This document shows positions 36,215 through 45,100 of a DNA stretch of 64,000 bases, one piece after another. The notes below the pieces were generated by a model that was given only the letters and a program-made list of their open reading frames with translations, was not told the origin of the DNA and ran no database searches. This DNA comes from Dehalococcoidia bacterium (lineage in GTDB: Bacteria; Chloroflexota; Dehalococcoidia; Bin125), in the NCBI GenBank assembly GCA_965220315.1, contig CBDCPP010000002.1:579088-643087 (forward strand), written 5' to 3'. The position numbers were made by a program, and so were the translations under genes. How positions within the stretch are numbered: position 1 is the first letter of the stretch; each line of letters opens with the position of its first letter.

Positions 36215-37351
36215 ATGACCGACCGCCAACACCACGAGGACGACTGCAGCGAATGCGGAGGCACCGGCATCGCACAAGAGGCCGCCATCCCAGTGCCCGG
36301 ACCCGATGGCTACTGCCAGCCCCGCCAGGGCACTGGCCAGACCAGGGAGGACCCAGTGACCACGACCGACGACACGCCAACCATCAACCTCCACCGCGAC
36401 TGCTGCCCCGACGCAGCCATCGAGAACGACCCACCCGATCCGGACACGCACCTGGCCTACGAGGTCGACCCGCCTGAGGTCCAAGCCACGGGAATCATCC
36501 TCAAGTTCGACACCGATGGGACCTACCAACGCATCGAGCAGACGGGCCCCCTTGGCCTCGAGCTGATGCAAAAGCTCGTCGACGGCTACATCGAGCGCGT
36601 CATCACCCCCAGCTTCGACCTTTGGGTGAACGAAGAGGGGCTCATGCGCGACGACTTCGAGCCTAACATCGGGGCCAGCTACCTACTCGGCAAGCACGGC
36701 GCCCCCAACACCATCATCCTCGGACCCGCCTTCATCGCCGCCAGCAACGACGATGGAGAGAGCGTGCCCGCACCCACCGAGGTGATCGACATCTGCCTCG
36801 CCAGCCTCCACCAACTCGGCTACACGCAGGGAACGGAGAGCGCTGGCTGCGACGAGTGCGGCGGACTCTGCGACAACGACCACCGGCCCATCGCAGGAGG
36901 GAGCGGTGCATCCCCCGAAGGCACGGCCACCGTCGCCATATCAGCCGAGGTCCTCATCGTCGTCCCGCTCGAGCGCGGCGAACGCGCTGCCCTCGCCCTC
37001 AACAACAACGCTGGCAGCGACGCCTGGTCCCGCGTCGTCGAGAACGCCTACACCCGTCTCTCCATACAGATCGACGGCGTCCACCAGCCCGCCGAAGACG
37101 TTGCCTGGGGCCAGCCCTTTGTTGTAGCAAGCCCGCCACCCATCGCCGGAGGCGCGGCCATCACACTCCCCTCCAACGTCACGATGGACCAGGTCCTGGC
37201 CCTGGTCGAGGCCGACGACAACCTGGGGCTCTGCACCCACTGCGGCGCCGAGGCCAGCGGCATCGAGCCGGACGCCAACGCCTACGCCTGCGAGGACTGC
37301 GGCCGCAGCGCCGTCACCGGCGCCGAAGGCCTGCTGCTGGCCCTGGTCTAG
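36215..37351 (+). CDS. DUF3846-like phage/plasmid protein with two Cys-rich zinc-ribbon ends; contains two copies of the PIAGG linker motif
   Basis: The internal ATG at 36215 follows AAGGGAAAGGGA. The protein has an LKFDTDGTYQRIEQTGPLGLELMQKLVDGYIERV ... DLWVNEEGL (DUF3846-like) core. The motifs HRPIAGGSGAS (36886) and PPIAGGAAI (37141) precede C-terminal modules. The DUF assignment is from memory of the family, not a search. Confidence 0.55.
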   Translation: MTDRQHHEDDCSECGGTGIAQEAAIPVPGPDGYCQPRQGTGQTREDPVTTTDDTPTINLHRDCCPDAAIENDPPDPDTHLAYEVDPPEVQATGIILKFDTDGTYQRIEQTGPLGLELMQKLVDGYIERVITPSFDLWVNEEGLMRDDFEPNIGASYLLGKHGAPNTIILGPAFIAASNDDGESVPAPTEVIDICLASLHQLGYTQGTESAGCDECGGLCDNDHRPIAGGSGASPEGTATVAISAEVLIVVPLERGERAALALNNNAGSDAWSRVVENAYTRLSIQIDGVHQPAEDVAWGQPFVVASPPPIAGGAAITLPSNVTMDQVLALVEADDNLGLCTHCGAEASGIEPDANAYACEDCGRSAVTGAEGLLLALV

Positions 37352-37598
37352 CCGTGCGCACCTGCGACCACTGCCAGGCAGTGATGCGGGGCGCGCGCCG
37401 CCGCTACGGCTGCGACTACTGCCGCGCTCAGCTCTGCAGTAAATGCTACGACGCCCACCGCTTCACCCCCAGCCATCGCCCGCGTCCCTGTCCGCAGGCG
37501 GCGCGGGCCCAGCCCGCGTAGCCCCTTCCATCCACCCAGCACGCACAGAACAGCCCCGGCGCCGGCCGGGGCTGTTGCGTTAAGCGAAGGACACTCCC

Positions 37599-40500
37599 AT
37601 GACCACGATCACACGACTCGACACCCCCTGGGGACCCGCGCAGACCATCACCGAGCTCGCGCCCGGTGTCCGCATCGTCACCACCGCCAGCCACGGCGGC
37701 CTCCAGATCGAGGAGCCGCAATGGCTGGAGCTGCCCGCCGCCGTGCGGCGCACGTTCACCCGGCTGCACCCCAAGGGCTGGGCCGAGGAGGACTGCGAGA
37801 TGGCGATCGCCCTGGTCCTGCTGGGCCTGGCCGAGCACCCCTACTTCGGCGGCCCCGACTCCAAGGTCCGCCGCGCGGCGATCGGCATCGCCAACTTCTT
37901 CGAGACCTACCACCCCTGCCGGGAGCCCCTCGCGGCCTTCAAGCCCATCGCCGGGGGCAGCGGCGCCGAGGCGTGCGCGCACCGGCACGTGCTCTCCCTC
38001 CGGTGTCCCGACTGCGGGCAGACCATGCACCGCACGATCGCCGAGGTCGTCCGCTGCCACCCCTGCCGGCAAGCCGATGGTCTCGGCCACGCCCGCGTGA
38101 CGCAGGTCGAGCGCACCGAGGAAGCCTGGGACGAGCAGCTCCGCCAGCAAGCCAGCGCGCCCGTCCTGGCGGTCGCCCGCGAGCACTACGCCTCCCCCGC
38201 CCAGACGCCCTATCACTGCGAGGAGCTGGCCGCGCGGGAGCAGGAGCTCTACCACTGCACGACCCGCGAGCTCGAGCAGATCTGCCTCGACCTGGACATC
38301 CCGATCCGGACGCCCGAGGGCTGGAGCATCCCCACCGAGCCCGCCTACGTCGCCCACAACGAACAGCGCATCCACCTCGCCCAGGCGAGGGAGCGCGCCT
38401 ACCTCGAGTACTACAAGACCACCGTCGGCGGCCCGCCGATCGCCGGAGGGAGCGGAGAGATCGACACCATGCGTATCACATTCACCCCCAGTTGCAGCTG
38501 CGGCGCGACATCGCCCGGCTTCGACCGCCAAGACGAGGCCCGGCTGTGGGCCCTCCACCACATCGAGGAGCGGCACCTGAACGACCCCGAGCCCGAGCCC
38601 TTGCACGAATACCAGATCCACGTCCGCGAGACCGTGATCATGGACCGCTGCTACGGAGTCCGCGCCGCCAACGAAGAGCAGGCCAAGGACAACAACCAAG
38701 CCGACTGGGAGTGGCTCAACGAATCCGAAGTCGACACCACCGCCACCCAAGTCACCGAAGTGCGGCACCTGAGCGGAGCCGGCTGCGCAGGGTGCACCGC
38801 CGAGCAGAAGCCCATAGCGGGAGGCAGCGGCGAAGAGCAACCGATAGTCCCATGCGTCGCCCCCACCGACAGCGACGACGAGACCGAGCTACTCCACGAG
38901 TTCACGGTCGACGCCAACGACACCATCATCAGCGACCGCGTCTACAGCGTCTTCGCCCACAGCGAGGACGACATTCGGCAAGAGCTCGGCGAGTGGGATT
39001 GCTCGAGCCAAGGCGACGAGACGCTCCTCTCCCGCGAGCTGACCAGCATCGACCATTACCCCCCAGGCTGCCGCGCCTGCCAGGAAGCGCAGATGCTGCA
39101 GCCCATCGGGGGCGGCGCCGTCCGCAACCCCAAGCTCAAGTGGACCGCGCGCGGCCGCGGCGGCAGCCGGGAGTTCCGCGCCCTGCCCTACGTCATCTTC
39201 CACCCCTATGACGAGTCCCGCATGGGCGCCGGCGGCGGGGGCGGCATCCCCGTCTCCGACCAGTGGCGGCTCCACGTCGAGGGCGAGCCCGTTCGCTACT
39301 CGCGCAAGGATGGCTGGAGCGGGAAGAGTGAGACCCTCGGCACCTTCACCATGCTAGCCGCGGCCAAGGCCCGGGCCCAGGCCCACGCCGACGCCCGCTC
39401 CATCGAGCACCAGCAGCTCAACGAACAGCTCGGCCTCAAGCCCATCGCGGGAGGGAGCAGCGAAGGGGACTCCCCCTTCGTCCAGTGCTGGCCCATCGCC
39501 GAGTACTTCGCTGCCCTCCCCGAGGAGGCATTGCGGCAGCAGATAGGAACCTACAGCCCCGGCAAGAACTTCAAGCCGTGCTGCGTCGGCGCCCACCTGG
39601 CGTTCTTCCTCGGGACGGAGCTCCTCACGCGCAATCTGCTCGCCCCCTACCACGACTTCCTCGATGGCGAGAAGGCCCTTGCTGAGCAGCTCAACCTCGA
39701 CCCGCACACCGTCAGCACCCTGCTCTACGCAGCCGGAGCCGACACCAACCCCTTCGGCTATCGCCAGTGGCCCGTGCCGCCGGCGCAGGTGTTCACCAAC
39801 CTCCTGACGATCGAGAAGATCCCGCGATCACACGAAGCGGGACCCATGCACTCCGCCGCCATCGATGCGTACAAGCAGAGCCAAGCGCTCAAACCGATCG
39901 CGGGCGGGAGTGGGGAAGAGGAACCCATCCCCGGCTGCGAATGGTGCGATCCCGATCCGGATCCGGATAGCCCGAATCCACCCGACGCCATCGCCTCCGG
40001 CGCACAGCGCCTCGAAGAAGCAAAGAACGCCCTCTCGGACGTCTTCCACGTCATGGACGAGCACGCCCTCGACAACAAGCGCGAACCATGGCTGCACCAG
40101 CTATGGGACGCCCGTCAAACCATCGACTGCATCCAAGAGAACGCACCGGGCTGGGAGGAGCCGACCATCAAGCCCATCGCGGGAGGGAGCGGCGAGGAGG
40201 AACCCCCGCGGCTCACCACCCGCGAGCGCAAGGAGCGCCGCCTCAAGCGACGCCTGGACTGGGCCGAGAGCCGCGAGCACAAAGCCGAGCAGACCCGCAA
40301 GGCGGCCGATGCCGCCGTCGCCGGGATCCCATTCGGTCAACCCATCCTCGTGGGACACCACAGCGAGAAGCGCCACCGCCGCGCCATCGACCGGCACGAC
40401 CGCAACTTCTTGAAGACGGGCGAGCACTTGCACATGGCGGACCGCCACCGCCGCCGGGCGGCCGGGATTCAGGAGCAGCTGAACCGCTCCATCTACTCGG

Positions 40501-40847
40501 ACGACGACGACGCGATCCCCGCCTTGCAGCAGCGCATCGCCGAGCTCGAGGCCCGGCGCACGCGCATGAAGGCCATCAACCAGTGGCTGACCAAGCACGG
40601 CGGGATCCCCCGGCGGCGGGTGCCGCGCGGCTCGGAGCGGGCCCTGTTCGAGAAGGCCGGCGAGGCGATCAAGCGCTGCCACGCCGAGCTGACGCTGACC
40701 CAGAAGGAGGGCCAAGAGATCGTCCAAGCGCTCCAGTTCAACGGCGTGCTCGGCTACCCCAGCTACGCCCTCTCCAACCTATCCGCCAACATCCGCCGCC
40801 AAGTCAAGCGGCTCGAGCGGCTGCAGAAGGAGGCCCCCGATGCCTAG
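37599..40847 (+). CDS. 1082-aa multi-module protein: seven unrelated small modules (zinc ribbons, DUF3560-like C-terminal module, etc.) joined by a recurring KPIAGGSGEE linker
   Basis: A GAAGGA site precedes the ATG at 37599. Linker instances lie at 37941, 38434, 38808, 39108 (degenerate), 39438, 39891 and 40170. The last module (about 210 aa, ...GQPILVGHHSEKRHRRAIDRHDRNFLKTGEHLHMADRHRRRAAG...) resembles DUF3560. Confidence 0.65.
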   Translation: MTTITRLDTPWGPAQTITELAPGVRIVTTASHGGLQIEEPQWLELPAAVRRTFTRLHPKGWAEEDCEMAIALVLLGLAEHPYFGGPDSKVRRAAIGIANFFETYHPCREPLAAFKPIAGGSGAEACAHRHVLSLRCPDCGQTMHRTIAEVVRCHPCRQADGLGHARVTQVERTEEAWDEQLRQQASAPVLAVAREHYASPAQTPYHCEELAAREQELYHCTTRELEQICLDLDIPIRTPEGWSIPTEPAYVAHNEQRIHLAQARERAYLEYYKTTVGGPPIAGGSGEIDTMRITFTPSCSCGATSPGFDRQDEARLWALHHIEERHLNDPEPEPLHEYQIHVRETVIMDRCYGVRAANEEQAKDNNQADWEWLNESEVDTTATQVTEVRHLSGAGCAGCTAEQKPIAGGSGEEQPIVPCVAPTDSDDETELLHEFTVDANDTIISDRVYSVFAHSEDDIRQELGEWDCSSQGDETLLSRELTSIDHYPPGCRACQEAQMLQPIGGGAVRNPKLKWTARGRGGSREFRALPYVIFHPYDESRMGAGGGGGIPVSDQWRLHVEGEPVRYSRKDGWSGKSETLGTFTMLAAAKARAQAHADARSIEHQQLNEQLGLKPIAGGSSEGDSPFVQCWPIAEYFAALPEEALRQQIGTYSPGKNFKPCCVGAHLAFFLGTELLTRNLLAPYHDFLDGEKALAEQLNLDPHTVSTLLYAAGADTNPFGYRQWPVPPAQVFTNLLTIEKIPRSHEAGPMHSAAIDAYKQSQALKPIAGGSGEEEPIPGCEWCDPDPDPDSPNPPDAIASGAQRLEEAKNALSDVFHVMDEHALDNKREPWLHQLWDARQTIDCIQENAPGWEEPTIKPIAGGSGEEEPPRLTTRERKERRLKRRLDWAESREHKAEQTRKAADAAVAGIPFGQPILVGHHSEKRHRRAIDRHDRNFLKTGEHLHMADRHRRRAAGIQEQLNRSIYSDDDDAIPALQQRIAELEARRTRMKAINQWLTKHGGIPRRRVPRGSERALFEKAGEAIKRCHAELTLTQKEGQEIVQALQFNGVLGYPSYALSNLSANIRRQVKRLERLQKEAPDA

Positions 40848-41256
40848 CACGATCGATTGGGCCGAGCGCTCCCCCAGCGGCGGCCGCTTCGGCCGTCTCA
40901 AGGACGGGCTCTCGATTGCCTGCGCCCTGCCCGCTTGCGCAAGCCAGTGGGGGACGGGCGAGATCGACCCCGAAGGGAAGCACCAGAAGATCGCCCTGCT
41001 GTGGCAGCAGCCGGACGGCTCCATCGTCCACTCCCGCTGCGCGCCAGAGGAGGAGAAGAGTCGCTACGCATTTCAGTTGGACGACGCAACCCCCGGCAAG
41101 GAACCGGAGTTCTCCAACCGCACGGGCAAGCTATGGACGGGCCTGCAGCACGGCAGCAGCGGCCCCTGGCTCTTCCACGGCGCACGCTACTTCCAAGGCC
41201 AGGCCCGCTACGACCCGATCCTCTGGCGACGCGCCGACCAACAGCAGCTCCTGTAG
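40840..41256 (+). CDS. hypothetical protein (138 aa)
   Basis: MPSTIDWAERSPSGGRFGRLKDGLSIACALPACASQWGTGEIDPEGKHQ... has balanced composition. Its start overlaps the end of the modular gene. Confidence 0.4.
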   Translation: MPSTIDWAERSPSGGRFGRLKDGLSIACALPACASQWGTGEIDPEGKHQKIALLWQQPDGSIVHSRCAPEEEKSRYAFQLDDATPGKEPEFSNRTGKLWTGLQHGSSGPWLFHGARYFQGQARYDPILWRRADQQQLL

Positions 41257-41296
41257 AAAGGACCAGCCTCTGACCCCAACCCAGATCGCCGCCTGG

Positions 41297-41650
41297 ATGC
41301 AGCGACCTGCCACCCTCACCCCACACGCAAAGATGCTCCTGGCGCTGCATCGCAACAGCCCAGGAGCGTGGCATCAAGGAAGGACAATCCCGATGCCCAA
41401 TCAGCCTAGCATCCCCTACGAACCACGCACCTGCCCCGGCACGACCGAACACACCTGCGGGGAGATCCTCGCCGGCGAGAACCGCCGTCAGATCCGCTGC
41501 CTCCAATGCAGCCGCGACTACAACAACGAGCGCCGCCGCGCCAAGAACGCCGGTGTTCCCTTCGGGATCCCCAAGAACCAGCTCGAGCTCCCCATCCCCT
41601 GGCGTGGCCACGTCATCGACACCGACCCCGCCGAGCAAAGGACATTCTGA
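41297..41650 (+). CDS. hypothetical zinc-ribbon protein (117 aa)
   Basis: The ATG at 41297 gives MQRPATLTPHAKMLLALHRNSPGAW ... CPGTTEHTCGE ... CLQCSRDYNNERRRAKN. It is the 3' part of the long ORF-track frame 40088-41650, whose 5' part is an antisense artefact. Confidence 0.35.
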   Translation: MQRPATLTPHAKMLLALHRNSPGAWHQGRTIPMPNQPSIPYEPRTCPGTTEHTCGEILAGENRRQIRCLQCSRDYNNERRRAKNAGVPFGIPKNQLELPIPWRGHVIDTDPAEQRTF

Positions 41651-42178
41651 TGAACAACCGCAGCACCCACGCCACTACCAGGACCCGAGGACCGCCAAGC
41701 TCCCTCTCCCTCCCTCGATAAGAAACAAAGCCCAGCCCTACCCGCGCCCAGCCAACTTAAGACCGTGGGCCTCGCACCCCGGCCGCGATTCCCCGGGGAA
41801 ATCCCCCAGGGGCAGACGGTTTCGCGCGCGGAGGGCCCGCTCAGGGGGGCGGTTTCGGGCGATCGGGCCCCGATCACGCCGCCGGCGCCCGCCGCGGGCA
41901 TCCACAGCAGGGGCCTTGTGGGACACGCGATCGAGGGCGTGGGGGCCCGCCAGCCACCGCTGAGCGGCTCCTGGAGGGAAATTCGGGGGTTCGAGGCTGG
42001 AGGAGCGGCCGATATCCGCCTTTCCGACCGGCGGATGTGCGTGCGCCTCAGGCCCAGTGTCAAGTAGCTTTACACGTGATCCATGCCGCCGCGTGTGGCG
42101 AAATCGAACGGGCGCCCTGCGATCGAGGTTGCCAGCAGGAAAGCCTTCCGTACCATGTTTCCTGAAAACGGAGAGCCG

Positions 42179-45100
42179 ATGCCGGGTACCACTGCACAAG
42201 AAACCATCGCCGCGGCGCTCGACACCCTAGCCGAGAAAGGCCCGCACGCCACGGACGGCAAGTGGCTCGAAGACCTCACGGTGGCCGTCGCCCCGTACCT
42301 CAAAGAATGGGACGTCGCCTGCTGCTACGCCTGGTCCGACTGGCCCGAGCGGGAGACCCACTTTCCGGGCACCACGAACCAAGATCCCGGCATCGATGCC
42401 GTGGCGATCCGCCGCAGCGACGGCGCGCACATTGCCATCCAGTGCAAAGCCCGCCAGCTGGACGCGCACGGCCGGGGCGCTCCCATCGCCAAGGGGGAAA
42501 CGGCCGACTTCGCCAGCGCATCCGCCGGCTCGTTTTGGGCGGAGCGCTGGCTGGTCACCAACGGCGACAATCCCTTGAACGCAGGGGCTCGGCAGGTCCT
42601 CTCCATGGCGGACACGCCCATCAAGTGGATCAATCTCACCACTGATCTGGAACAGCAGCCCGCCGGCGGCCCCGCAGAGGAGTGCCCGCACTGTCAGCCG
42701 CACCCGGCCGGGGAGTCCCCACGCCAGACCAAATCCTGCATGCAGAACGAAGCCGTGACCCGCAGCGTCCGCCTGCTCAAGGAGCACGAGGACTCGGCGA
42801 GCGGCGGCTGCCCGGTCGGCCAAGCGCGGGGCAGGCTCATCCTGCCCTGCGGCACGGGCAAGACCCGCATCTCCCTGCGCATCATCGAGGCGCTCACGCC
42901 GCGCGGCGGCCTCTCCATCGTTCTCTGCCCCTCCATCGCCCTGGTCGCCCAGATCCGGCGCGAGTACCTGCAGCACACCACCAAGACCGTCCGCGCCCTC
43001 GCGGTCTGCTCCGACAAGACCGCCGGCTACGACCCCAGGAAGGAAGGCACCAGGAACACCGCCAAGGATCCCACCGTCGACAACAGCAACGTCAGCGCCG
43101 CCGAGGTCAAGGGCAAGGTCACCACGGACGCTGGCGAGATTGCCCGCTGGGTGCGCGAAGGCACGGACACCGAGGCGGTCAACGTCATCTTCGGCACCTA
43201 CCAGAGCGGCCTCAGGGTTTCGGAAGCGCTGTGCCAAACCGGAGCCACCGCCGCGGTGCTTGTCGCAGACGAAGCCCACAGGACGGCCGGCCTGCGCCGC
43301 AAAAGGAAGGCGAAGACTGGCCAGGCCTCGGAGGACGAGCAGCGGATCCGGGACTTCACCCTCTGCCACGACAACACGGCATTCCCGGCGACCTACCGGG
43401 TTTACCAGACTGCCACTCCCCGCATCTACACCGAGGCCGCTCCTCGCGGCGACAGCGACTGGCTGGTCCGCTCCATGGACGACGAGACCGTCTTCGGGGT
43501 GGATCTCTACCGCAAGAGCTACGTGGAAGCCGTGAGCAACGGTTGGCTGGCCGACTACCGCATCATCGCCTTGGGGGTCAACGACCCCGCCGCCTACGAG
43601 GCGGCCAACGCCCTGGCGCAGAAAACCGCCGGTGCCGGGAAACAGGCTCTGACAACGACCCACTTCCTGCGTGGTCTCGCCCTCGCCCTGGTCGTGGGCG
43701 GGGCCACCCAGGACGAGGAAAGCGGGGCGATCGCCATCAAGTCCTGCATCGCTTTCATGAACACCGTCGCTCGATCCGACAAAATGGCCGAGGCGCTGCA
43801 GAGCGCGCCAGTGCGCGACTGGCTCCGACAATGGCTCCACGACAACAGAAACGGCCAGCCGGCCGCCAGCTACACCCTGGAGCACCTAGACGCGACGAGC
43901 AACGTGAGCTCCCGGGAGAGCGCCAAGCTGCGGCTCGCCCAGGCCAGCGAAGAGAAGCCCCACGGCGTCATCAATGTGGGCATCTTCGGGGAGGGCACCG
44001 ACTCGCCTTCCCTCAGCGCCGTGGCTTTCCTCGAACCCAGAAAAAGCCCCATCGACGTGGTCCAGGCGGTGGGCCGGGCGATGCGCACCGCCCCCGGCAA
44101 GGAGTACGGCTACATCATCTGCCCCGTCCTCATCCCCCTGGCCGGCGACCCGGAGCAGTGGCTCAGCAGCAGCGGGCCGGATGACGGATGGCAGGAGCTC
44201 GGTCAGATCCTCCGCGCCCTGCGCGCCCACGACTCACGCATCGAGGAGGAGTTGGCGGAGCTGCTGCACCTATACGTTCCCACCCCGCCCAAAACACAAC
44301 GCACCCTCGTCGCCCTCGCCAGCGGAATGCAGAAGCGCATCCGGTACGTGGTGCACGACGGCGCGCCGGGCGAAGCGCAGGCCGCGGTGGAGCGGGTTCT
44401 GGACGGGGCAAGCACGATCGCAAAGGAGTTCCAACCCATCCGTGCACTCGCGGCGGCCGCCCCGGCGGCGCCCCAAGACAGTGCACCGTTGCAATATTCG
44501 CCGCCGGGTGAGCACGGTGGCCCGCTGGCGCCGGGGCACCAGATCGCGGAACGTCCCGAGCCCGTGCAGATCGTCACCGGGAAGCGGAACCAAGACGGGA
44601 GCGTCGAGCTGCGCCTGGCCGGCGTCAGCCGCGCCAAGCCCCGGGCGGACGGCAACCTGGGCCCTGTGGACATCGGCAAGACGAAGGCGAAAGCCAAAGC
44701 CATGATCAACAATGGCGCGGGCTCCCGCCTCCCCGCAGGGAAGCAAAAGGCGGCCCGCCGCACCCGGGAGGAGATCGCCGAGCAAACCGCCCTGCGGCTG
44801 CTCGATCTGAGCGGTCTGGGCGAGCACGGCAACGCGATCACGGTCAACCTGCTGTCGCGCTCCGGCCTCAGCGACAACCGGATCCTCCGGGATCTGAACC
44901 TCCTGGAAGCCGGCGTCAGCGAAGCGGCTCATCACCTCCGCAGTGACGGGCTCGCCACGGCGCTGGACGCGTACTTCGGGCTGGACAATCTCGAGCCGTC
45001 CGCCCGCACACAGCAGGCCGACGGCTGCACGATCGCGGCCCTGCTCATGATGAACGCCGCGATGCTGCACCAGCGCATCCACAGCGGCGGCTGGCTGTCG

